From Chthoniobacterales bacterium (GTDB lineage: Bacteria > Verrucomicrobiota > Verrucomicrobiia > Chthoniobacterales > Chthoniobacteraceae): a DNA stretch of 43,368 nt. The number at the start of each line of letters is the position of its first letter. Position 1 is the stretch's first letter. The stretch is taken from positions 1 to 43,368 of the forward strand of contig JBBQZX010000036.1 in assembly GCA_038207335.1 (NCBI GenBank), given 5' to 3'. The position numbers were made by a program, and so were the translations under genes. Under the pieces are notes generated by a model. That model searched no databases and had not been told where the DNA came from. It was given only the letters and a program-made list of their open reading frames with translations. Shown here in pieces: positions 8,513 to 17,985 of the stretch.

Positions 8513-9055
8513 ATGAAAAACCTGATCGCCCTCGCAGCACTCTCACTCGCCCCGTTCTTTGGCGCCACGACCTTCGCAGAAGACCCGAAGGACGCGCCGA
8601 AACCCACGAGCGCCATCACCGTCCTCTTGCCGACCGAGGGCAGCAAGGTCGGCGGCACCATCACTTTCACCAAGACCGACGGCGGCATCCACGTGGAGGG
8701 CCAAGTCACCGGCCTGACCGAGGGAAAACACGGCTTTCACATCCATGAGTTCGGCGACACCACTTCGACCGATGGCAAGTCGGCGGGCGGTCACTTCAAC
8801 CCCACGGGGGAAAAGCATGGCGGCCCCACGGCTGAGCACCGGCACGAGGGAGACTTCGGAAATATCGAGGCCGGCAGCGATGGGGTCGCGAAGGTGAACT
8901 TCACGGACAAGCATCTTACCTTCGAAGGTGACAAATCGATCCTCGGGCGCGGCGTGGTCATCCATGCGAAAGCGGACGACCTCACCACGCAGCCCACTGG
9001 AGATGCAGGCGGACGCGTTGCAGTCGGCGTGATCGGGGTATCGAAGGGCAAGTAA
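8513..9055 (+). CDS. sodC: Cu/Zn superoxide dismutase, exported
   Basis: Signal peptide; HGFHIHE, AGGHFNP, HEGDFGNI, VVIHAKADD, GDAGGR. Confidence 0.92.
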   Translation: MKNLIALAALSLAPFFGATTFAEDPKDAPKPTSAITVLLPTEGSKVGGTITFTKTDGGIHVEGQVTGLTEGKHGFHIHEFGDTTSTDGKSAGGHFNPTGEKHGGPTAEHRHEGDFGNIEAGSDGVAKVNFTDKHLTFEGDKSILGRGVVIHAKADDLTTQPTGDAGGRVAVGVIGVSKGK

Positions 9056-9071
9056 CGCCAGAGAGCTCTCG

Positions 9072-9117
9072 CCGCCGCCTGCTCCGCTATGTCGGGCAGG
9101 CGGCGGTTTTCTTTGTT
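9072..9117 (+). terminator. Rho-independent terminator after sodC
   Basis: CCGCCGCCTGC...GCAGGCGGCGG stem followed by TTTTCTTTGTT. Confidence 0.75.
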
Positions 9118-9130
9118 CGGCGGGGGTGGC

Positions 9131-9635
9131 TTATTTGGTGGGTTTACCGACGGTTAGTATGACGGGTTTGCCGTTAAGGTGGGCGATCTCGAGGGGTGTA
9201 TCCAGGGGGTAATCGCCGCTTTTGGCGGTGATGGTGAAAAGGTCGGTTAGCTGGGTGGTGCGCGGCAGGGTGTAGGTGGATGGGCCGCCTGCGTAGCTGC
9301 CCATGCTGGTTTGCGGGCGGATTAAGGTCTGGATGTAGATGCCTCCTTCTCCGTGGGGGGCGATGCGGGTGACGATCATGGCGACGCTGCCTTCGCGGGA
9401 GCCGTTGGATCTGGGGCGGGGAGCGTTACGGAGTTGTGGCCCAATTTTCATCGACGGTGATGGCGCCTTCGCTGGTGGTGCGGATGGTGAGGAGGGCGGC
9501 GCGGGCGTCTGTATCGGTGGCGACGTCTTGGAGGGTGAGACGGAAGCCTGTCGGGGGTGTCGAGGTGGGACGGTTGCAGCCGAAGTAGAGGAGTGAGCTG
9601 GCTGCGGTGATGAGTAGGCGGCGGGGGATGTTCAT
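9131..9635 (-). pseudogene. Frameshifted putative lipoprotein (or sequencing error)
   Basis: MNIPRRLLITAASSLLYFGC lipoprotein-like start (ATG 9635) stops at 9426; protein-like sequence continues in another frame to 9131. Confidence 0.55.
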
Positions 9636-10003
9636 TTGGTGAAGGGGGAGTGGGGTAGTTTGGGCAAGTTTGGGGGGTTGGCAATCGGGTGGTGATAGGT
9701 GGCGAGTTTTTGGGTGTGCAGGGCTGGCGACGGGTGCGGCGTTAGCAGGAAGGTCGGCGGGGGTCGGTGGAGCGGGAGTTGATCGATGCGATCCCAACGC
9801 CGGGGGATGGGACGGGTGGATCGGGCAGGGGGGGGCAGCGATGCTGTGAGAGGGGGTCGGGGGGAGTTTGGGTGGGCTGGAACGGGGGCTGTCGGTGGAG
9901 ATGGGGGGCGCGGTTTGGCTTGGGTGTGGGGGTGAAATTGCGGGCTTTTTGCCGGCGCATTTTGTGCGACGGTGGCCGCTGTCCAGCGGAGTCCCCTACC
10001 CTC

Positions 10004-13000
10004 ATGCAGCTCAATCAACGTCGGCTCTGTGTTTTTGTCGTCGCGGCAGTCGCGGCGGGTGTGGCGGCGCGGCCGCTGGTGTCACGTCGGGCGGCGGAGG
10101 TGCAGGAGGAGGTAGCGCCGGCCGCGGTGGGGGTGCGGACGGAGGCTGTGGGTGCATCCGCGACGGCGGCGCACGCGGAGGCGGTGCCGGTGGTGCCGGT
10201 GGATTGGGCGCGGGCGGAGATGCGGCAGGATGTGGTGTGGCAGAGGGGCGCGCAGGAGGGGGAGTTCGCGGCTTTTAAGGAATGGACGCAGCGGTATGCC
10301 GGTGCGGATGCGGGAGGGAAACGGACGCTCGTGGCGGAGGGACGGCGGTTCGCGACTTCACGGCGCGCGGCTTTCAAAAGGACGATGCGCGAGAATCCCG
10401 AGCGGGCGCTGGAGCTGGCGGTGCCGGTGACGGTGCGGCGCACGTTGCCGCCGGAGGTGCTCGCGCAGCTCGAGTGGCCAGTGGATGCACGGGGGGACTT
10501 GGAGCATTTCGCGGCGATGCCGGCGCCGGGGGCGGTGGTGCCGCCGGAGCCGGATACTTATGAGGTGAAGGTGAGTGGGAATCGGCTAAGGGCATTTGTG
10601 ACGGCAGCGCGGGCGGAGCAGCCTTCGCGGTATCGGGTGCCGATCCACGGCTATAAGCTGGACGAGGAGATCGTGGTGCGCCCGACGGCGGGACGGTTGC
10701 TCGAGCCGGTGGAGGTGGCGGAGGCGGATGCGGCGCAGGGGGGCGCGGCGGTGTGCCCGGTGTCGAATCTCGGGACGCAGTCGAAGGGCGATGAGGCGGG
10801 GCTGGCGGTGGGCGGCGACACGCATCTTTTCTGCGAGGCCGCGCACGCTGCGCTGGAGCTGGAGGAGCGAACCGCGGCGGAGCAAAGTGCGCGACCGGAG
10901 GATGAGGCGACGGCGGCGGCAGGCGACTCAGAGGTGATCGCGGCATCGACGCACACAGAAGGCGTGAAGACGATCCTGTTTATCCGCGTGGACTTTTCGG
11001 ACGACACTTCGCCGCCTGTGGATGGGGCGGTGATCCTGCCCTACATCGCAAGCCGGTGGGCGGATTGGAGTTCGGGGCGATGCACGGTGAACACAGCCGC
11101 GTGCGCGACGACGCCCATCCTGCGAATGCCGAAAGCCGCGGGGACGACGGGCTACAACGGGGACTCGGGCGCGCTCTACACGGATGCGCTGGCCGCCGCG
11201 ACGGCAGGTGGCTACACGCCGGGGAATTATTCGTTCGTAATGGTCTGCATGGATAACAATACACCTGGCTTTGGCTACGCCGGACTCGGCACTGTCGGCG
11301 GCAATAAGACATGGTTGCGCGCGGAAGGGACCACCTACGCAGCACAAGTCGCCACACACGAGCTCGGACACAATCTCGGGCTCAATCACGCGCATAGCTA
11401 CGTGGTCAATGGCAGTGACCCGATCGCGGGCGGCGGCACGACGAGTGAATATGGCGACCCTTACAACACGATGGGCAGCGGTAACGTGGATTCACCCTAC
11501 AACGCGCGCTACAAACTTTACCTAAATTGGCTGACTTCCGCTGAATATTACACCCTAGCGTCAGGGGGCATCTACCGCATCGCTGCACACGACAAGGCGG
11601 GCTCGACTGGCTATCGCGGACTGAAGATCCTGCGCACGGGAACACAGGATTATTGCGTGGATTACATGACCGAGCGGACCGGCACGCAGGCTACTTACAG
11701 CGACAACGGCGTGCAAATCCGCTGGGGCGGCAGCGGGGCGACAGGGAGCACGTTGCTCGACATCACGTCCGGCTCCTCGAACGGCCTGAACGACGCGCCG
11801 CTCGCGCTCGGCCAGACATTTTCCGATCCGACTTACGGCATCTACTTCACGACAATGGCAAAAGTTGCGGGCGCGACTTTCGACTCGATGGATGTGCTCG
11901 TGAGCGTCGCCGCGAACACCCTGCCGCCGCTATGGACGAGCGCGGACATCGGCGCAGTAGGTAAGGCAGGAGTCGCGAGCTATACAGGCGGCAGCTACAA
12001 CATTCACGGCTCGGGCGCGGACATCTGGAGCACGGCGGACGCGTTTCGTTTCAGCTCGCAGAGCGTGACGGGTGACTGCGATTTGCGCGCCCGCGTCGTC
12101 GCGCAGGCAAACACGAACACCAACGCCAAGGCCGGCCTCATGCTGCGTGACGGCACCGCGGCAAATGCGATGCACGCGGCGATCTACAGCACGCCGAGTA
12201 CGTTCTATTTTCAATATCGCACCGCCGCCGGGAACACGACCATCAGCGTGACTGGCGCCGCGCGGAATGCCCCGCCGAATAACTGGGTGCGGCTCGCGCG
12301 CACCGGCAGCATCGTCAAAGCCTACGTCTCCGCGGATGGCGCGACGTGGACGCAGCTCGGCGGCAATCTCACGATCAATTTTCCGACCGTCGTGAAAGGC
12401 GGCCTCGCTGTCTGCGGCCACGCCAACCCCACGCTCGGCGCGGCGGCGTTCGACAACGTGACGCTCAGCGACAGCGCGCCGCTCACGACGCTCGCGAACG
12501 ACACATTCGACCTCGGTGCAGCCACCGCCGCGGACGATCCCGCCGACCCGCTGGATCTCTCGTGGAGCATCACCGGCGGCGCGCTGACGACCGCCACGGA
12601 CACCACGCTCGGCTCAGGAAAAGCGCTCAACGTCGATGCCACGACGACCCTCACCAGGGCCACCGCAGCCATCGCCGGACGCACTCTCACGTCGGTTGGC
12701 GACTCGCTGAAACTGACGTTCGACTTTCGCTACACCGTTGCTCCCGCGAGCACCGCTGCTGGCTTTCGCTTCGGCATTTTCAACGCCGAGGGCGATGGCT
12801 TCTGCGTCCACCACGGCGACGGCGGCAACACCGGCTACGCGGTGCTCGAGGATACGAATGGCGGCTTCGGCTCAGGCACGCTCAACACGATCGCCAGCGC
12901 CACGAAGACGACGATCGGCACCACGGCAAAGCACACCGCGTCGCTAACGCTGCAAAAGCTGGCGACCGGGATCAGCGTCACGTCCGCAGTCGATGGCGTC

Positions 13001-16000
13001 GCACTCACGGGCACAGATTCGACGCCAGCAATCACGGCGTTCGACACGATCGCAATTCGCAATGGCAACGTAAACGCCGACTTCCGAGTCGATAATGTGC
13101 GCGTCGATTTCACGCACGTCGCACCGCCCGTGTGGTCGAGCAATCCGCTCACGAAGCCCGCCGCCGGAGTCGGCGTCCCGTACTCGAGCTCGATCGTGAG
13201 CGATGTCACCACGCCCGGCGCGCTCACTTTCTCGAAAATCAGCGGCAACCCGTGGCTCATAGTCGCGGCAAGCGGCGCGCTCTCCGGCACTCCGGCGCCT
13301 GGCGTTGTCGGGGCGAACACATTCGTCGTGCGCGCCACGAACGAGGCCGGCGATTTCACGGACACAACGCTGAACATCACAGTCTTCACGAATACCTTGA
13401 GCGTGGTCGCGAGCGTCCCGGCTGCGACCGAGGACGATTCCAGTCCGGGGATATTTCTCATTACCCGCACCGGCTCCACCGCGAGCACGCTGATCGTGGA
13501 TTTCACCGCGACCGGCACCGCGACGAGCGGCGCGGATTACGTGGCGATCGGCTCCAGCACGATGATCCCGGCCGGTCAGGCGAGCGCGACGGTCAACGTG
13601 ACGCCGATCGACGACTCACTGCTCGAGGGAGATGAGACCGTCATCCTCACGCTCGCGCAATCGGCGAGCTATGCCATTGGCTCGCCCGCGAACGCGACGA
13701 TCACGATCGCCGACGACGAGAGCTTTTTGATCCGAATGCACGACGCATTCGACACCATCGGCGCGACGCCCGGCGATGATGCGAACGACCCGAGCGATGC
13801 CGCTTGGACAGGCTCCGGCGCCACGCTTTCCATCGTCGCCGACGCGACGATTGGAGCCGGCAGCGCGCTGAATGTCGATGCGACCGGCACCTTCGCGCTC
13901 GCCCGCAGCAGCTTCGCGCCACGCGCGCTGACGGCGAATGGCGACACGCTCACGCTCACCTTCGACTTCCGCTACACGGAGTCGCCGGCGAATGTCGCGA
14001 CGGGTTTCCGCTTCGGCTTTTTCAACAATTCAGGCGACGGGCTCTTCGCACAAAATGGCACTGGCGGGACGACCGGCCTCTCGGTCGCACGCGACTACGG
14101 CGTGGATGCCGGCTACGGAGCGGGCTCGACAACGGGCTCCGTCACGGGCTTAGGCACCGGCACGCCGATCTCGCTAAATGATCTCGCGAAACACAGCGCA
14201 CGCGTCGTGCTGCGGAAAGTCGCGACGGGCATCACGATCACCGCAGTCATCGACGGCGTGAGCAGCACCGGCACCGACACCGCGCCGCCGACGAGCACTT
14301 TCACGACCGTCGGAATCCGCAACGGCGGCGTGAACGCCGACTTCCGAATCGACACAGTCCACGTCGAATTCGCACCGAACCTCGCGCCCGTTTTCACCGC
14401 CGATCCGCTCGTGAAATCCGCAGCCGTCGCCACCGCATACTCCGCCACGCTCGCGACGGACACGAGCGATCCGAATTCCGGAGACACGATCACTTTCACA
14501 AAAATCAGCGGCCCCGCATGGCTCGCCATCGCCGCAAATGGCGCGCTCTCCGGCACGCCGGGCGCGGTCGACGCGGGCGCGAATTCATTCGTCGTCCGTG
14601 CCACGGACAACTACGGCCTAGCGACCGACGCCACACTCATCGTGAATGTCGGCTACCCCGTCACAGTCACCGCGACGAGCCCGCTCGCGCCGGATGCGGG
14701 CTACGCGGTCGCGAGCCCCGCGAATGCGACCGTCGTGATCGCCGATAACGAAGTCACCGCGGAACTCGTCAACGACACCTTCGACATCGGCTCGCCGCCG
14801 ACCATCGGCGATGACACCGAAGACTCACTCGATGCCGCGTGGAGCGGCTCCGCCGCGACAATCGCCAGCGATACAACTGGAATCGGCACCGGCAACGCGC
14901 TCGCTGTCGATTCCACTGGGACCTTCGCATATTCAATCGGAACGCTCTCCTCCGCGTCGCTCATCAACCCCGGCGACGTGCTTACACTCACGTTCGATTT
15001 TCGCTACACCGAAGCTGCCCCAAACAGCGGGTCGGGATTCCGGTTCGGCCTCCAAAACAGCGCGGGAGCGGGCTACTGCACAATCCACGGGACCGGAGGC
15101 GATGCCTCATTCTCGCTGAATCGCGGCCCCACAGGCAGCTTCGGCGCGGGTGCCGCAGTCACCGGGCTCAGCACGAGCACCGTCGCGGGCACGCCTGCGA
15201 GCATCGCGGATCAACTTCCACACGCCTGCACGTTCGTCGTCAGTAAAACGAGCGCGGGCCTCGTCATCACGAGCACCGTGAATGGCTGCACGAAGACCGC
15301 GACCGACGCGTCGCCGGTTATCACGAGCTTCGACACGATCCTCATCCGCAACGGCGGCATCAACGCCGACTACCGCTTCGACAACGTCCGCGTGTCGCTC
15401 ACACGCAATCGCGCGCCGCTCTTCACGAGCAATCCGATCGCAAAACCCACGGCCTTTGCCGGAGTCAGCTACAGCGACCAAACGCTCACCGCCGACGCCG
15501 CCGATCCGAACTCGGACGACGTTCTCACCTTCACGAAAATCAGCGGCCCTGCGTGGCTGACCGTTGCTCCAGACGGCACGCTCAGTGGCACGCCATCGAT
15601 CGCAAGCGCAGGCCCGAACACATTCACCGTGCGGGTCGCCGATGACGCCGGACTTTTCACGGACGCGATGCTAACCATCGTCGTCGTCAACGCGCCGATC
15701 GAAAACTGGCGGCAGCAGAAATTCGGCGGTTCCGCGAACGATCCGAGCATCGCCGGGAACGACGCAGATCCCGACGGCGACGGCATCTCAAACCTCTTGG
15801 AATTCGCGCTCGACGGCGATCCGAAATCCGACGCTTCCGCCGGGCTTGCATTCGCAAACATCAAAACGGTCGGCGGCAGCGAAACCCTCACTTACACCAT
15901 CGCCGTTCGCTCCGGCGCGACTTTCACCGCCGCGCAAAACCGGCAGACCGCAACGATCGTCGGCCTCACCTACACGATCGAGGCTACCTCCGATCTCGCG

Positions 16001-16159
16001 TCGTGGAGCGCATCCGAAGCTGTGGCCGAGGTTCTCCCTGCACTTTCGACCGGCCTCGCAGTGCCCGAGAGCGGTTGGGAATATCACACATTCCGCGCGG
16101 GCGGCGTGCCGGCAGCGACCGCACGCACATTCATCCGCGTGCAAGTCGGGACACCCTGA
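10004..16159 (+). CDS. Large secreted multidomain metzincin metalloprotease (M11/gametolysin-like) with beta-sandwich, Ig/cadherin-like and Calx-beta modules
   Basis: Hydrophobic N-terminus; HELGHNLGLNH (11357-11389) and EYGDPYNTMG Met-turn; GSGADIW..AD.F lectin-like domain; three FxKISGxxWL..GxLSGTP Ig-like repeats; Calx-beta (DDSLLEGDETV); C-terminal DPDGDGISNLLEFAL. Confidence 0.8.
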   Translation: MQLNQRRLCVFVVAAVAAGVAARPLVSRRAAEVQEEVAPAAVGVRTEAVGASATAAHAEAVPVVPVDWARAEMRQDVVWQRGAQEGEFAAFKEWTQRYAGADAGGKRTLVAEGRRFATSRRAAFKRTMRENPERALELAVPVTVRRTLPPEVLAQLEWPVDARGDLEHFAAMPAPGAVVPPEPDTYEVKVSGNRLRAFVTAARAEQPSRYRVPIHGYKLDEEIVVRPTAGRLLEPVEVAEADAAQGGAAVCPVSNLGTQSKGDEAGLAVGGDTHLFCEAAHAALELEERTAAEQSARPEDEATAAAGDSEVIAASTHTEGVKTILFIRVDFSDDTSPPVDGAVILPYIASRWADWSSGRCTVNTAACATTPILRMPKAAGTTGYNGDSGALYTDALAAATAGGYTPGNYSFVMVCMDNNTPGFGYAGLGTVGGNKTWLRAEGTTYAAQVATHELGHNLGLNHAHSYVVNGSDPIAGGGTTSEYGDPYNTMGSGNVDSPYNARYKLYLNWLTSAEYYTLASGGIYRIAAHDKAGSTGYRGLKILRTGTQDYCVDYMTERTGTQATYSDNGVQIRWGGSGATGSTLLDITSGSSNGLNDAPLALGQTFSDPTYGIYFTTMAKVAGATFDSMDVLVSVAANTLPPLWTSADIGAVGKAGVASYTGGSYNIHGSGADIWSTADAFRFSSQSVTGDCDLRARVVAQANTNTNAKAGLMLRDGTAANAMHAAIYSTPSTFYFQYRTAAGNTTISVTGAARNAPPNNWVRLARTGSIVKAYVSADGATWTQLGGNLTINFPTVVKGGLAVCGHANPTLGAAAFDNVTLSDSAPLTTLANDTFDLGAATAADDPADPLDLSWSITGGALTTATDTTLGSGKALNVDATTTLTRATAAIAGRTLTSVGDSLKLTFDFRYTVAPASTAAGFRFGIFNAEGDGFCVHHGDGGNTGYAVLEDTNGGFGSGTLNTIASATKTTIGTTAKHTASLTLQKLATGISVTSAVDGVALTGTDSTPAITAFDTIAIRNGNVNADFRVDNVRVDFTHVAPPVWSSNPLTKPAAGVGVPYSSSIVSDVTTPGALTFSKISGNPWLIVAASGALSGTPAPGVVGANTFVVRATNEAGDFTDTTLNITVFTNTLSVVASVPAATEDDSSPGIFLITRTGSTASTLIVDFTATGTATSGADYVAIGSSTMIPAGQASATVNVTPIDDSLLEGDETVILTLAQSASYAIGSPANATITIADDESFLIRMHDAFDTIGATPGDDANDPSDAAWTGSGATLSIVADATIGAGSALNVDATGTFALARSSFAPRALTANGDTLTLTFDFRYTESPANVATGFRFGFFNNSGDGLFAQNGTGGTTGLSVARDYGVDAGYGAGSTTGSVTGLGTGTPISLNDLAKHSARVVLRKVATGITITAVIDGVSSTGTDTAPPTSTFTTVGIRNGGVNADFRIDTVHVEFAPNLAPVFTADPLVKSAAVATAYSATLATDTSDPNSGDTITFTKISGPAWLAIAANGALSGTPGAVDAGANSFVVRATDNYGLATDATLIVNVGYPVTVTATSPLAPDAGYAVASPANATVVIADNEVTAELVNDTFDIGSPPTIGDDTEDSLDAAWSGSAATIASDTTGIGTGNALAVDSTGTFAYSIGTLSSASLINPGDVLTLTFDFRYTEAAPNSGSGFRFGLQNSAGAGYCTIHGTGGDASFSLNRGPTGSFGAGAAVTGLSTSTVAGTPASIADQLPHACTFVVSKTSAGLVITSTVNGCTKTATDASPVITSFDTILIRNGGINADYRFDNVRVSLTRNRAPLFTSNPIAKPTAFAGVSYSDQTLTADAADPNSDDVLTFTKISGPAWLTVAPDGTLSGTPSIASAGPNTFTVRVADDAGLFTDAMLTIVVVNAPIENWRQQKFGGSANDPSIAGNDADPDGDGISNLLEFALDGDPKSDASAGLAFANIKTVGGSETLTYTIAVRSGATFTAAQNRQTATIVGLTYTIEATSDLASWSASEAVAEVLPALSTGLAVPESGWEYHTFRAGGVPAATARTFIRVQVGTP

Positions 16160-16206
16160 TTTGGGACGCACCCTGCCGGGATCGGCGACAGCGCGGCGAG
16201 ACGGCA

Positions 16207-16854
16207 CTATCCGGTCGTGCCGAAAAAGCGGTCGCCGGCGTCACCGAGGCCGGGGACGATGTAGGCGTTTTCGTTCAAGATCGGGTCGATGCCTGCGGTG
16301 AAGATCGGGACGTCGGGATGCGCGCCGCGCAGCTGCGCGAGCCCCTCCGCGCAGCTCACAAGGCAGACGAATCGGACCGAGGTCGCACCGTGATCCTTGA
16401 GCTGCTGGATAGCACCGGTTGCGCTCCAGCCAGTCGCTAGCATGGGGTCGACGACGAGCACATCGGCGTCCGCGAGATTCGCTGGTGCTTTGAAGTAATA
16501 CGTCTCGGGGCGGTGCGTGATTTCGTTCCGAAACATGCCGATGTGCGCGACGCTCACGTCAGGCAGCAGGCGCAGCATTCCCTCCAGCATCCCGAGCCCG
16601 GCGCGCAGAATCGGCGCGACGACGATCGGACGCGCGAAGCCCGTCCCCACATGATCCGCGAGCGGCGTACGCACTGTGCGGTCGCACGTCGCGAGGTCGC
16701 CGGTCGCCTCGAAAACCATAAGCATCGCGAGTTCGCCGACGCGTGCGCGGAAATCATCCGAGCGCGTCTGCGCATCTCGGAGCTGCGTCAACTTCACCTG
16801 CACCAGCGGATGCGTGACGACGGTGACACCCTCCAGCATCGGCGTGATTTTCAT
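16207..16854 (-). CDS. upp: Uracil phosphoribosyltransferase
   Basis: HPLV, PILRAGLGM, VVDPMLATGWS, YIVPGLGDAGDRFFGT; alternative start at 16839. Confidence 0.97.
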   Translation of the reverse strand: MKITPMLEGVTVVTHPLVQVKLTQLRDAQTRSDDFRARVGELAMLMVFEATGDLATCDRTVRTPLADHVGTGFARPIVVAPILRAGLGMLEGMLRLLPDVSVAHIGMFRNEITHRPETYYFKAPANLADADVLVVDPMLATGWSATGAIQQLKDHGATSVRFVCLVSCAEGLAQLRGAHPDVPIFTAGIDPILNENAYIVPGLGDAGDRFFGTTG

Positions 16855-16943
16855 TGCACGACCATGAGTGCATTCAGCTGAGATGTCACGAAGCCACAGC
16901 CGTCGGTTGCCATCGGAGTCACCACCGCTATCGTCCGCAAATC

Positions 16944-17594
16944 GTGCGCTCCATTCTCATCGCTCTTTTCACTCTCACTGCGATCGCGCGCGCCGAAGTC
17001 GCCGTCGAGATCGACCTAGCCACGCAGATGGCTTACGTGATCGAGGATTACAAGCTCGTCGCCGAGACGCCGATTTCCAGCGGACGCACGTCGCACACCA
17101 CGCCGACTGGAAGTTTCAAGGTGGTCGAGAAAGATCTGGATCACCGCTCTTCGCTCTACGGACGCATCGTTGATGCAAACGGCGAGGTGCTCGTGCGCGA
17201 CGCAGATTCTGCCACGGAAGTGCCCGAGGGCGGGACATTCGTGCAGGCGCCGATGCGGCATTTCGTTCGGTTCGATGGCGCGATCGGCATGCACGCGGGA
17301 CGACTGCCGGGATACGCGGCATCGCACGGCTGTGTCCGGCTGCCGCCGGAAAAAGCGCGGCTGATTTACAATCTCGTCCATGTTGGCACCCCGGTGCTCG
17401 TGCATGGGAAAGCGCCGAGCGGGCATGTGAAACGCGACCCGGCTGCGAAGCCCGAACTCATCCTCCTGACTCCCCCGCCCCCTCCAAAGCGCGAACCGTT
17501 CGGATGGCTCCACCGCATCTTCGCGCCTCGGGAAAAAGCTTCGCCGGGGCAGCAAAACAAAAGCGCGGCCCGGGAAAACCGAACCGCGCTTTGA
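16944..17594 (+). CDS. L,D-transpeptidase (YkuD) family protein
   Basis: Signal peptide; PISSG...TPTGSF, HAG...ASHGCVRL catalytic motif. Confidence 0.9.
   Translation: MRSILIALFTLTAIARAEVAVEIDLATQMAYVIEDYKLVAETPISSGRTSHTTPTGSFKVVEKDLDHRSSLYGRIVDANGEVLVRDADSATEVPEGGTFVQAPMRHFVRFDGAIGMHAGRLPGYAASHGCVRLPPEKARLIYNLVHVGTPVLVHGKAPSGHVKRDPAAKPELILLTPPPPPKREPFGWLHRIFAPREKASPGQQNKSAARENRTAL
17554..17593 (-). terminator. Rho-independent terminator of the RRM gene
   Basis: - strand GCGCGGTTCGG-TTTTC-CCGGGCCGCGC followed by TTTTGTTTT. Confidence 0.7.
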
Positions 17595-17610
17595 AGTTCG
17601 CAAGCCGCGC

Positions 17611-17985
17611 CTAGTAGCGCCGCTCGCCACGATCTCCGCGGCCACCGCCATCTCCGCGCCCGCCGTAGTCACCGCGGCCACCACCACCACCACCGTATCC
17701 GCGACCGCCGCCTCCTCCACCGCCGCCACCGCGATCTTCCCGCGGCCGCGCTTCATTGACCGTCAGCGGGCGCCCGTTCATCGGCTTCCCGTGAAGGTCT
17801 TCGATTGCTTTCTGCGCTTCGCTGTCGCTCGACATGGTGACGAACGCGAACCCGCGCGATTTGCCCGTGAATTTATCCTGCACCAGCATCACTTCGCTGA
17901 CGGTGCCGGCCTGGCCGAAGAGGTCCTGAAGATCAGGTTCCGTGGCGTCGAACGGGAGATTCCCGACGTAGAGTTTGTTACCCAT
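17611..17985 (-). CDS. RRM-domain RNA-binding protein with Gly/Arg-rich tail
   Basis: RNP2 LYVGNL, RNP1 RGFAFVTM, GRPLTVNEARP, RGG-rich C-terminus. Confidence 0.95.
   Translation of the reverse strand: MGNKLYVGNLPFDATEPDLQDLFGQAGTVSEVMLVQDKFTGKSRGFAFVTMSSDSEAQKAIEDLHGKPMNGRPLTVNEARPREDRGGGGGGGGGRGYGGGGGGRGDYGGRGDGGGRGDRGERRY

Noticed and set aside
9060..9130. Second attC after the lipoprotein pseudogene (- strand GCCGAAC...)
   Set aside because: No L boxes or matching GTTRRRY; better explained as the U-tract side of the sodC terminator
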